64,000 nt of DNA from Eubacteriales bacterium (GCA_031553675.1 JAVBLF010000084.1:375-64374), one strand, 5' to 3'; positions 30,287 to 39,114 are shown, counted from the stretch's first letter. Numbers and translations: made by a program. The notes: generated by a model not told the origin, from the letters alone.

Positions 30287-30435
30287 GTGTGATAGACATG
30301 CATTGTTTGGATGGGTCTTTGTGATGTCAAGCGATTGGCAGCTCGCTGGCTCTGGCTTTGGATTGTCTCAAAAACCTTGCTCCGGTCGCGATTTCGCTGT
30401 ATACTATGCAGACCAAAGAAACGGAGGGTGAGCGT

Positions 30436-30852
30436 ATGGGTGCAAACAAGGTGACAGACACGGGGCCTTTTTACCACGGCACGAAGGCGGACTTAAAAGC
30501 GGGGGATTTGCTGGAGGCCAGGCATCGATCCAACTATGGCGGGCGTGAAATTGCCAACTTTGTCTACCTGTCGGCGACGATGGACGCGGCGGTGTGGGGT
30601 GCGGAACTCGCGGTGGGCGACGGAGCGGGCCGCATCTACCGTGTCGAACCCACCGGCCCGATCGTGGACGACCCCAATCTGACCGACAAAGTGTATCCGG
30701 GGAATCCAACGCGATCGTATCGCACGCGGGAAGCACTGCGGGTGCTCGGCGAAGTGCTGGATTGGGAAGGACATTCCCCCGAAGTGCTCCAGAACATGCG
30801 CGATCATCTGGAGTCCCTCAAGCAGCGCGGCATCGAAGCGATCAACGAATGA
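30436..30852 (+). CDS. arr: NAD(+)--rifampin ADP-ribosyltransferase
   Basis: FYHGTKADL, AVWGAELA, VEPTG, DDPNLTDK.PGNPTRSYR. Promoter TTGCTC-17-TATACT at 30377-30405. Confidence 0.92.
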   Translation: MGANKVTDTGPFYHGTKADLKAGDLLEARHRSNYGGREIANFVYLSATMDAAVWGAELAVGDGAGRIYRVEPTGPIVDDPNLTDKVYPGNPTRSYRTREALRVLGEVLDWEGHSPEVLQNMRDHLESLKQRGIEAINE

Positions 30853-30877
30853 TCGTTCTTGCGATCGAAGGACGCAT

Positions 30878-31369
30878 ATGGGGAAAATCATCAAAGACGG
30901 TTTTGCGTTTATGGCTTATGCCAACGCGGGCTTGATCCGAAAGGTGGACGACATTCCGGTGCTCAAGCACGAACTGATCGCGCTGAGCGAATCGAAGACG
31001 CACCTGGCGATGTCCCACTATGCCCTTTTGCTGGGTGAACACGTGATAGACGTCGGTGGTCTGGAGCGGACCGCCCTGATGGAAGCGTGCTTTACCATCC
31101 TGGCGAAATGGCAGAACCAAGAGGCGAAGTTCCGCGAGGCGCTCGCGATCGCCGGACAGATCAACGATCTCGCCCGGGTCGAAACGGACCCGATCCGAAC
31201 GAAAGCCTTGCGCGCCATGGGGCAGATCGCGGCGACGCCGCACGTCAGGTGGCATCCTTTGGTCGCTTCGGAATACGCCGTCGTCATGATCAACCTGCTG
31301 CATCCGAAAGATTTTGACAAAGTGAAAGAAGAACGCGAGCTACAAATCCAAATGATGAATCGCGTGTAG
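30878..31369 (+). CDS. Hypothetical protein (possibly Imm5-like all-helical family)
   Basis: Clean ORF with SD AAGGA. RAMGQIAATPHV..H motif. Confidence 0.6.
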   Translation: MGKIIKDGFAFMAYANAGLIRKVDDIPVLKHELIALSESKTHLAMSHYALLLGEHVIDVGGLERTALMEACFTILAKWQNQEAKFREALAIAGQINDLARVETDPIRTKALRAMGQIAATPHVRWHPLVASEYAVVMINLLHPKDFDKVKEERELQIQMMNRV

Positions 31370-31469
31370 CGAAGATGCCAATGCCGTCGGCGCGCCAAGG
31401 GAGACGAGCGATTCGTCAGCCCTCTGGCCACCGGCGGCATTGTGTTCCAGACCTCGTGTCAGCGGCTCT

Positions 31470-33119
31470 TTACTGTGCGATCACGTTTCCGTTTTCGATT
31501 TGCTTTTTCACCAGGCTCCCGCCGCAGTATTTTTCGCGGAGCCTGGGTTTTTCGATCTTGCCTGTGGGATTGCGGGGCACCGTGTCGAAGATGATCCGGC
31601 GGGGGCGTTTGTAGCGCGGGAGTGCCAGACAGAAGTCCATGATGTCGGTTTCGGAGCAGACGGCGCCCGGCTTGAGCTCGATGATGGCCGCCGCGATCTC
31701 GCCGAGGCGCCGGTGGGCCAGGCCGATGACGGCCACGTCCTTGACCTGCTCGCTCTGTCGCAAAAAGTCCTCGATCTGGACGGGATAGAGGTTTTCGCCG
31801 CCCGTGATGATCACGTCTTTTTTGCGGTCGACGAGGAAGATGAAACCGTCCTCGTCTTCGCGTGCCATGTCGCCGGTGTGCAGCCATTCGCCTTTGAGAA
31901 CGGCGGCCGTCGCCTCGGGATCCTTGTAGTAGCAGGTCATCACCCCGGGGCCGGACACCGCCAGTTCGCCCACTTCGCCGTGCGGCACGGGGTTGCCGTT
32001 TTCATCGACGATGCGCGTCTTCCACCCGAAGCCCGCCTTTCCGATGGCGCCGATCTTGTGCATGTTTTCGATGCCGAGGTGGACGCTGCCGGGACCAATC
32101 GATTCGCTGAGGCCATAGTTGGTGTCGTAGTCGTGTTTGGGGAAGATTTTTTTCCATCGCTTGACCAGGCTGGGCGGTACAGGTTGCGCGCCGATGTGCA
32201 TCAGCCGCCACTTCGAGAGATCGTAGTTTTGCAGATCGACTTCACCGCTGTCGATTGCGTCGAGTATGTCCTGCGCCCAAGGAACCAGCAGCCAAACGAT
32301 CGTCGCGCGTTCCTGGCTGGCCGCCTCGAGAATCCACTGCGGGCTGGTGCCGCGCAGGAGTACGGCCTTGCTTCCGGCCAGGAGACTGCCGAACCAGTGC
32401 ATTTTTGCGCCCGTGTGGTAGAGCGGGGGGATGCAGAGAAACACGTCGTCGCGGGTCTGGCCGTGGTGGGCTTGCTCGGTGACGCAAGCCGATACCAGGT
32501 TGGCGTGGGAATGCAGGATCGCTTTCGGAAAGCCCGTCGTGCCGGATGAAAAGTAGACGGCGGCGTCGTCTTCGTCCCGCAATTTGATGTCGGGCGCTTG
32601 GGGAGAGCATGCTTCGGTCAGCGCTTCGTAGCTTTCGGCGAAAGAGGGGCAGTCCGCGCCGACGAAAAACCGTCTCGTCACAGCGGGGATCGCTTGCCGG
32701 ATCGCATCGATGCGCTCGACGAATTCCGGGCCGAAGAAGAGGGTGGTCACGTCGGCCAGGGCGAGGCAGTACTGGATTTCGTCGGCGGCATAGCGGAAAT
32801 TCATCGGGACGACGATCGCGCCGGACTTGAGCACGCCGAAGTAGATCGGCAGCCATTCGATGCAGTTCATCAACAGAATGGCCACGTTGTCGCCGCGTTG
32901 GACGCCGCGTTCCAGCAGGAGGTTGGCCACGCGGTTGGCTTTTTCGTCGAAGGCCGACCAAGTGATCTGTTTGCGGTAGGCGTGCTGGTGGCCGGTTTCG
33001 ACCAACGCAAATTCGCGCCAGTCAAACGAATCGTCGTAATGCTCGGGGTTGACCTCGACGAGGCAGACCTCCGGACCGTAAAGCTTCGCGTTGCGTTCGA
33101 GAATGGATGTGATGGGCAT
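31470..33119 (-). CDS. Class I adenylate-forming enzyme (acyl/aryl-CoA ligase)
   Basis: FSSGTTGFPK, YGLSE, WLHTGD, DRKKDVIITGGEN, PRNPTGKI. SD AAGGAG. Confidence 0.92.
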   Translation of the reverse strand: MPITSILERNAKLYGPEVCLVEVNPEHYDDSFDWREFALVETGHQHAYRKQITWSAFDEKANRVANLLLERGVQRGDNVAILLMNCIEWLPIYFGVLKSGAIVVPMNFRYAADEIQYCLALADVTTLFFGPEFVERIDAIRQAIPAVTRRFFVGADCPSFAESYEALTEACSPQAPDIKLRDEDDAAVYFSSGTTGFPKAILHSHANLVSACVTEQAHHGQTRDDVFLCIPPLYHTGAKMHWFGSLLAGSKAVLLRGTSPQWILEAASQERATIVWLLVPWAQDILDAIDSGEVDLQNYDLSKWRLMHIGAQPVPPSLVKRWKKIFPKHDYDTNYGLSESIGPGSVHLGIENMHKIGAIGKAGFGWKTRIVDENGNPVPHGEVGELAVSGPGVMTCYYKDPEATAAVLKGEWLHTGDMAREDEDGFIFLVDRKKDVIITGGENLYPVQIEDFLRQSEQVKDVAVIGLAHRRLGEIAAAIIELKPGAVCSETDIMDFCLALPRYKRPRRIIFDTVPRNPTGKIEKPRLREKYCGGSLVKKQIENGNVIAQ

Positions 33120-33196
33120 GTCGACATCTCCTTTGGATCGAAATTCTTTCGCCTGCAATGTCCGGAATCTCCGGACAATGGGGCTTGGCAAAGAAA

Positions 33197-33466
33197 CAAA
33201 AAAACTCTCGCCCCGACATAGGGCGAGAGTGACTCGCGGTACCACCTAATTTTGCAGGCCGCTCGCGCGGACCGCCTCTTCAAGTACGCGCACAAAGGTG
33301 CGGATACTCTAGTGTGCTAACGGGCACATCCGTCACAGCCTACTGGGCAAAACCGTTCGGTGTGAAGCTAGAGGATGTATTCGCGTCTATGTGCCATGCC
33401 CCTCTCATCGACCGGGAACTTTCTGTATGGCCTGAATGGACGTTACTTCTTCCTCATCGTGGCTTT
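33197..33466 (-). ncRNA. T-box riboswitch, Tyr (UAC) specifier
   Basis: Minus strand: stem I with AGTA, AG-bulge and GAUGAGAG loop, specifier GAA-UAC-A (codon 33377-33379), CCGTTA F-box, T-box AATTAGGTGGTACCGCG (33235-33251), terminator ACTCTCGCCC/GGGCGAGAGT plus U run. Confidence 0.9.
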
Positions 33467-33504
33467 TGGCGTATGCTTCGAGCTTGCGCTACGAAATTAA
33501 CGCC

Positions 33505-33533
33505 ATTATAAATCAAAGCCGCGATCTTGTCAA
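33505..33533 (-). promoter_or_regulatory. Consensus sigmaA promoter for the T-box/CoA ligase transcript
   Basis: Perfect TTGACA-17-TATAAT on the minus strand. Confidence 0.85.
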
Positions 33534-33562
33534 GCGGGAAATCCTGTAACGCCAGGGCACGG

Positions 33563-33757
33563 CTATTTTTCTTCGAGCTGCATTTCCACCTCGGCCATTT
33601 TTCCGCTCGCCAGTTCTTCCGGTATGTATACCTGTCCGCAACGCGGGCAACGCAAAAGCGAGGTGCTGAAGGCATGGCCGAGGTAGTTCAGCGTGGTCTT
33701 TCGCGCTTCCATTTCGACGTCGCAGAGACAGCAAAGAAAGCGTTCGTTTTCGTTCAT
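33563..33757 (-). CDS. Small CxxC...CxxC redox protein (DVU_1557-like family)
   Basis: CLC...YLGHAF...CPRCGQVYIPEELA.GKM.EVE..LE.K. ATGA-coupled to the upstream gene. Confidence 0.75.
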   Translation of the reverse strand: MNENERFLCCLCDVEMEARKTTLNYLGHAFSTSLLRCPRCGQVYIPEELASGKMAEVEMQLEEK

Positions 33758-36066
33758 GGCGTTTCCTCGATGGACATGCGGTGCAAGTAAACGTTGTGGA
33801 GCCGGAAGCTGCCTTCGCCCTCCGCTTCGTAGCACACCCAAAACGTGAGCTTTCCTTGCGCGAGGTGGGCAGTGATGCGTCCGCTTTCTTTGTCGAGTAC
33901 CTTTTTGCCGCTTTGTTCCGCATACGCGATGACGGCCTTGACGTTGTCTTCCACGACGAGATCGCGATCCATCTTGCGCTGGACGGCTTCGTCGATCGAG
34001 AGCGCAAACGAAAAGAGATCTTCTGGCGGCGGGACGGGCTCCTGTGCCAAAAAGGCATGGGCCAATTCCCGTTTCAGACGGTGGCGGTTGTGGCGGCGGG
34101 CCGTGAGCGTCGGCGGCGTGCGCGCGGCACGGTCTTCGTCCGGAAAGAAGATCGCATCAAGTACGTGGAGGGCGGGCTGGCCGTCTGCGGCAAAGTGGTC
34201 GCGGCAGTTCGTGCAGTAGGTGATCACAGCTCCGGCGTTTGGGCGGTAGGCCGATCGCAGAACCGTCTCGTAAAGGGTGCGGTCGGCGCCGTAAATGAGA
34301 CCGCCATAACCGCAGCAGCGTCCCTTGTCTTCTTCGGGGGTTTCCGACCATGCGAGTCCACACCGATCGAGAAGGCGGCGGACGCTCTGGCGCATGGACG
34401 GAAAATCCGAGCTCGCGCATGGATCGAACAATGTGGCCCGCTCACGGGTGTTTTGTGGGAACGCTTCACCTTCTTGCGCCTTCAATTCCCAGAGCGACAG
34501 GATTTGGATGTCCGGCAAGTGTCGTGCAAACACGTCGATGCAGGTGGGGCAGGGGAGGACGAAAGTCGGCCGATCCCATTCCACCCAGGCATCGCGAATG
34601 CGCGCCAACACGGCGGCATGGGATTCGCCTTCGGCAGCCCATTCGGCGGGCGCACCGCAACACGAGACGAGGAGCGCAGAGCTGCCGCCAAAGCGCTCGC
34701 GCATCCAAGTGAAAGTTTTTGCAACGTAAGCGGGATCGGAAGCACCCATCTGGCAGCCGGGAAAGAGGACGTAGCGCGCCCGTTTGCCTTCCGAAGCCGC
34801 GATCGCCAAATACGCGTCCTCGCTTTGGGCGTCCTTCATTTCATCGAGCCAATACGCGTAGATCGCGCTCGGAACTTGTTTCTTTTGCGCGAGAAGCTGT
34901 TTGCTTTCCATGTAAACGGCTTGGAAATCGATGCCCACCGGACAGACATCGCGGCAGCGCCCACACTGCGTACAGGACAGAATGGCGCGCAATGCGGGCT
35001 TGCCCGAAAGCGGGGTCGAATGCAGGGTGTCGCTCAGCTCGACGATGGCTTTCTTGGGGTCTTTGCGGTGGTATTGGAGCAAGTCGCAGGACTCGACACA
35101 GCGGTTGCACGCGCACAAAAGACAACGTTGCGCTTCGCCCTGCGCTTGATCCGCGTCGAGGGGGTTATCCGCAGGCGGGAGCGCGGACGGCTTGCGCGGC
35201 ACGCGGGCCGTGTCGGGGCGGTACACCGCTTGGCTGGCTGTGCTTTCCGCCGAGGATTCGCCCGGCATGCGGCCGACCTTGATGTAGGTTTCGATTTCGT
35301 AGGAGCGATCGCTCGCTTCTCGGATGCAGGAGAGCAGTTCGAGAGCCGGGTTGCGGACCGCGCCCGCAAAGAAAACGCCGGTTTGGGGTTCGGCACGATC
35401 GCCATCGGCGCGATTGCCATCGGCACGATCGCCATCGGCACGATTGCCATCGGCGCGATTGCCGAAAGTGGCGCCGCCCGCGCCCGTGCAGACGAGGATG
35501 GCGTCGAAGCCCTCGCATGGGAGATCGGCCATTTCGCACTTCGTTTCGATGTGTAGATATTTGAGCGCGTGCAGCGCCGCGATTTCGGCTTCAAACACGG
35601 AGGGCGAAAGTCGATCGCCCAGAAGCGGAAGCAGTTGACCGCCGAGCCGATCGCCCTTTTCGGCGAGCGTCGTGCGGTAGCCGCGCTGGGCGAGCTTGGC
35701 CGCCGCCGTCATGCCGCTGAGACCGCCGCCGACGATGAGTATGCGCTTCTTTTTGTCCGGAATGTAAAAGGGTTTCGGGGGCGTGGCTTGGCTGTCCTGC
35801 CACAAAAACCGCTCGATCCGGTTCAGCGCGACCGGATCGTCAACATCCGCGCGCGGGCAGGCGCTTTCGCAGGGGCGCGGACAAAGCTGCGATACGATGC
35901 CGGGGAAGACGGCGGACTTCGCGAAAGCGCGAAACGCCGCCGAAAAGGAGCCGATCTTGGCCCTTTCGATCATGTCTTTGACGTCGATACCGAGCGGACA
36001 CGCGCGCGCGCAGGGCGGCGGAGCGTCGGCGATGCAGTCGCGCAGGAGTTGATGGGGATCCAACAT
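33754..36066 (-). CDS. Pyridine nucleotide-disulfide oxidoreductase/4Fe-4S dicluster/CCG-domain protein
   Basis: C...PPCARACP, CPRPCESAC, GGGLSG FAD motif, CxxCxxCxxxCP, FPGCQ, SCCG, DPC, CCGYGG, YCTNC. Confidence 0.8.
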   Translation of the reverse strand: MLDPHQLLRDCIADAPPPCARACPLGIDVKDMIERAKIGSFSAAFRAFAKSAVFPGIVSQLCPRPCESACPRADVDDPVALNRIERFLWQDSQATPPKPFYIPDKKKRILIVGGGLSGMTAAAKLAQRGYRTTLAEKGDRLGGQLLPLLGDRLSPSVFEAEIAALHALKYLHIETKCEMADLPCEGFDAILVCTGAGGATFGNRADGNRADGDRADGNRADGDRAEPQTGVFFAGAVRNPALELLSCIREASDRSYEIETYIKVGRMPGESSAESTASQAVYRPDTARVPRKPSALPPADNPLDADQAQGEAQRCLLCACNRCVESCDLLQYHRKDPKKAIVELSDTLHSTPLSGKPALRAILSCTQCGRCRDVCPVGIDFQAVYMESKQLLAQKKQVPSAIYAYWLDEMKDAQSEDAYLAIAASEGKRARYVLFPGCQMGASDPAYVAKTFTWMRERFGGSSALLVSCCGAPAEWAAEGESHAAVLARIRDAWVEWDRPTFVLPCPTCIDVFARHLPDIQILSLWELKAQEGEAFPQNTRERATLFDPCASSDFPSMRQSVRRLLDRCGLAWSETPEEDKGRCCGYGGLIYGADRTLYETVLRSAYRPNAGAVITYCTNCRDHFAADGQPALHVLDAIFFPDEDRAARTPPTLTARRHNRHRLKRELAHAFLAQEPVPPPEDLFSFALSIDEAVQRKMDRDLVVEDNVKAVIAYAEQSGKKVLDKESGRITAHLAQGKLTFWVCYEAEGEGSFRLHNVYLHRMSIEETP
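35390..35464. repeat. Five tandem 15-bp repeats encoding G(N/D)RA(D/E)
   Basis: Units TCGGC(A/G)CGAT(C/T)GCC(A/G) x5, in frame. Confidence 0.9.
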
Positions 36067-36151
36067 GGAGTTTGCCTCGCTGTAAAAAAGCGCGAGAAAG
36101 TGCCCAATGGACACTTTCTCGATTGTTTCGCCTTGTGAAAACGTTCGATGC

Positions 36152-38980
36152 CTAGACGGGGTTTTCCTTGATGAAGTCGATCGCGTCGTAGAAGTCTTCG
36201 CCGAAGAAGTACTTCTCCTGAACGAGAGGCGTACCGGCGTTGGCGGCGTCCATCGCGGCCTTGACCTTGTCGGGCGTCGCGGGGAGCGTATAGATCCGCG
36301 CACCGGTGGCGTTGCCGATCGCATTGATGATCGACATGTGCCCGCCGGATTGGAAGCATTCGGACGCGCCGCCCGAGAATTGTGGGCCGTTGGGGCGCGG
36401 TGTCTCGTTGTACTCGACCGTGAAGTTTTCCCCGTCGGGGATGACGTCGATGTAGGGGAAGCCGGCACCGGCCAAGCTGGCGTGCTTCTTGTGGTCGGAA
36501 TAGTCTTCCGAGAGCGCATAACCGATGACGTGCTCCATGCCGCCGTAAGCTTGCCCGTCGACGGCGAGGTAGTTGCCGATCACGCCGACGTCGGCGACGC
36601 CGTGCATGGCGACCACTTTGACCTGACCGGTGGCGACGTCCACTTCGACTTCGGCCGCATATGCCGCGTAGGAGTGTTCGATCGTCGGATTGCCTTGGCC
36701 GGTGTTCGGGTCAAGCGGGGAAAGCTTCAGTTCGGCGGGCGTATCGTAGACGCCGGTGTATTTCGTCGGGATGCCTTCCGCGACCATTTCGTCGTAGCTG
36801 CGGAAACTGCCGTCCGGCTTGCGCATGGCGTCCATCAGTTTTTCCGCCGCGTCGAGCGTGGCGTTTCCCGCGTAGAAGTGCGAACGACTGGCGGCTGCGA
36901 CGCCGGTTGGCGGGCAAAGGCCGGTGTCGTTCATCACGAAACGGATCTGTTCGGGCGCCAGGCCGAGCGGGCGCAGCGCTTCATGTGTATGCACGAGCGC
37001 GCCGACGTCGCCACCCTGTCCGATCTCTTCCCAGGAATTGAAGTTCGTGACGCTGCCGTCGGGGTTGAGCTCCAGCGCGACCTCCGAATGGTCGATGGTC
37101 ATGCCGACCTGGTAAGCGCCGCACGCCACGCCGACGCCGTACTTTTTCTCGGCGGTCGAGGCTGCTTCGGCGTGTGCCTTAAGGGCCTGGTATTTCGGGC
37201 GCAGCTTGTCGAAGATGCCTTCCATGGGGTAGACGGACAAGATGTGTCCGGCGTTGGCGGTGTCGCCGGGGCGGAACACGTTCTGGTAGCGGAATTCGAA
37301 GGGATCGATGCCGGTTTTTTCGGCGAGCATGTCCATCAACGCTTCGGAAGCCGTCATGGTCTGCGGCGAGCCGAAGCCGCGGTAAGCGGTCGAAAAGGCC
37401 TGGTTCGAGAACGTTGCGCTGCTCAGGGCCATGACGTTGGGCAGCGTGTAGGGGAAGGCAAAAAAGCGCAAACCCGCATAGCAGAGGTCGGCCGCTAGTT
37501 CCGAGTAGGAGCCTTTGTCGTACATGATGTCGATTTCACCCGCGAGGAGTTTGCCCTTTTCGTCACAGGCGAGGCGGGCATTCGAATAGGACGCGGCGCG
37601 TTTGCCGGTGTAGTGCTGGTGTTCGGCGTAGGTGAAGGCGAGCGAAACCGGCTTGTCGAGCGCGAGGGCTGCCACGCCGACCAGCGCCGCCATACCGGGC
37701 GAAAAGGCGTAGCCAAAGCTGGCGCCCGCCGGGTTTTCGATGATGCGGATTTTGTCCATCGGGAGGCCGACGCCCGCCGCGATCAAGGCGATCGTCATGT
37801 GCAGGGCGTGGGACTTCATCTGGAGCGTGAGTATGCCGTCCGCGTCGACGTAGCCCTGGGCGACGTCCGGCTCGATGGGCAGATGCGGCTGGCGCGTCGT
37901 GTAGAAGCTGCCTTCGACGACGTGCGCGGCTTGCGGCACGACTTCGCGCGTGTCTTCGCCCTTCAAAAGAGGAATCCGGAAGAAGACATTCGGCACGCCG
38001 GGGTGAATTTCGAGAGCGTCTTCCGCCATAGCGTCGAGCGCTTCGAGGTATTCGGGCAGGTGCTCCAGCTCGACTTTGACGAGCTTGGCCGCTTCGCGCG
38101 CATGCTTTTCGGTGTCGGCAGCGACGAGGGCGATGATGTCGCCGCGGCGGAAGATCTTTTTGTCGGCGAGGATCGGGCGTTCGAAGCCGTCGGTCTTGGC
38201 GCGCGGATGGCCGAGCGGGAAGGTGATGCGGTTGATTCCCTTGACATCGGCTGAGGTAATGATGCGGTGGACGCCGGGGGCTTTTTCCGCCTCGCTGAAG
38301 TCGACGCTGAGCAGGTTGGCGTGGGAACAATCCGGCATGACAGGCGCGAGGAAGTAAATGTCCTCGGCTTTTTGGGCGACGTCGTTGCCGTAATCGCAGG
38401 TGCCCAGCACCTTCGAAAGCGCGGACGGGCGCGGGATGCGCGTGCCGTAGATCTTCTGGTCGGCCGGCATTTTCCACGCGATGTCTTCCATGGTGCATTC
38501 GCCGCGCATGACTTTTGCGGCGTCCAGCACGGCATCGACGAGCATTTTGTAGCCCGTGCAGCGGCAGGCGTTGCGGTGTTTGCGGAACCATTCGCGAATG
38601 TCTTCGCGGCTGGGGTTGTCGTTTTGATCCAGCAGTGCCTTGGCCGAGACGATAAAGCCCGGCGTGCAGAAGCCGCACTGAACGCCGCCGTGTACCATCC
38701 AGGCGAGCTGCAAGGGATGCAGGTGCTCCGCTGTCCCGAGGCCCTCGATCGTCACGACGCAGCTCGATTCTGCCACTGTCTTCATCTTGCGTACGCAGGA
38801 ACGGACGAGCTCGCCGTCCAAGATGACATTGCATGCGCCGCACTGGCCGGTGCCACAGCCGATTTTCGTGCCCGTCAAGCCGAGGCGACGCAATACGTCG
38901 GCCAGGCTGTCCCGTTCCGGATCGCAAAGGAAACTGCGTTCCGCGCCATTGATCTTGAGCGTTTTCCTCATTGTCGCCAT
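36152..38980 (-). CDS. mop: Molybdopterin-dependent aldehyde oxidoreductase (Mop type, xanthine oxidase family)
   Basis: Two [2Fe-2S] motifs GCGTGQCGAC and QCGFC...CRCTGY, GASFG, AYRGFG, EIGQG, catalytic GASE. No FAD domain. Confidence 0.88.
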   Translation of the reverse strand: MATMRKTLKINGAERSFLCDPERDSLADVLRRLGLTGTKIGCGTGQCGACNVILDGELVRSCVRKMKTVAESSCVVTIEGLGTAEHLHPLQLAWMVHGGVQCGFCTPGFIVSAKALLDQNDNPSREDIREWFRKHRNACRCTGYKMLVDAVLDAAKVMRGECTMEDIAWKMPADQKIYGTRIPRPSALSKVLGTCDYGNDVAQKAEDIYFLAPVMPDCSHANLLSVDFSEAEKAPGVHRIITSADVKGINRITFPLGHPRAKTDGFERPILADKKIFRRGDIIALVAADTEKHAREAAKLVKVELEHLPEYLEALDAMAEDALEIHPGVPNVFFRIPLLKGEDTREVVPQAAHVVEGSFYTTRQPHLPIEPDVAQGYVDADGILTLQMKSHALHMTIALIAAGVGLPMDKIRIIENPAGASFGYAFSPGMAALVGVAALALDKPVSLAFTYAEHQHYTGKRAASYSNARLACDEKGKLLAGEIDIMYDKGSYSELAADLCYAGLRFFAFPYTLPNVMALSSATFSNQAFSTAYRGFGSPQTMTASEALMDMLAEKTGIDPFEFRYQNVFRPGDTANAGHILSVYPMEGIFDKLRPKYQALKAHAEAASTAEKKYGVGVACGAYQVGMTIDHSEVALELNPDGSVTNFNSWEEIGQGGDVGALVHTHEALRPLGLAPEQIRFVMNDTGLCPPTGVAAASRSHFYAGNATLDAAEKLMDAMRKPDGSFRSYDEMVAEGIPTKYTGVYDTPAELKLSPLDPNTGQGNPTIEHSYAAYAAEVEVDVATGQVKVVAMHGVADVGVIGNYLAVDGQAYGGMEHVIGYALSEDYSDHKKHASLAGAGFPYIDVIPDGENFTVEYNETPRPNGPQFSGGASECFQSGGHMSIINAIGNATGARIYTLPATPDKVKAAMDAANAGTPLVQEKYFFGEDFYDAIDFIKENPV

Positions 38981-39054
38981 AAGGTCCTCCATTGTGTCGA
39001 AGGTGAAGGGTGGTTTTGGATGAAATTGGTCGAATGAGGGGCTTTTCAGAGAGA

Positions 39055-39114
39055 AGATCGGTAGAACAGATGAATAAGGTCATTATATCGCCAATGCATA
39101 GCGGTGACAAGGCC
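39055..39114 (-). promoter_or_regulatory. mop promoter plus conserved leader motif, copy 2
   Basis: Minus strand GGCC-TTGTCA-17-TATAAT-GA...CATCTGTTCTACCGATCT. Confidence 0.7.

Noticed and set aside
30190-30325. DUF3343 ends TAC-TGC-TGA-TGC (possible C-U-C selenoprotein)
   Set aside because: Read-through runs into the terminator, gives no protein-like extension and stops near 30322. No SECIS is evident.
35390-35464. Tandem repeats as a CRISPR array
   Set aside because: 15-bp units with no spacers, inside a CDS, and no cas genes.
36067-36519. N-terminal extension of the 921-aa ORF, implying overlap or fusion with mop
   Set aside because: It overlaps the mop 3' end in another frame. The family-like sequence starts at ATG 36066 (MLDPHQLL...C).
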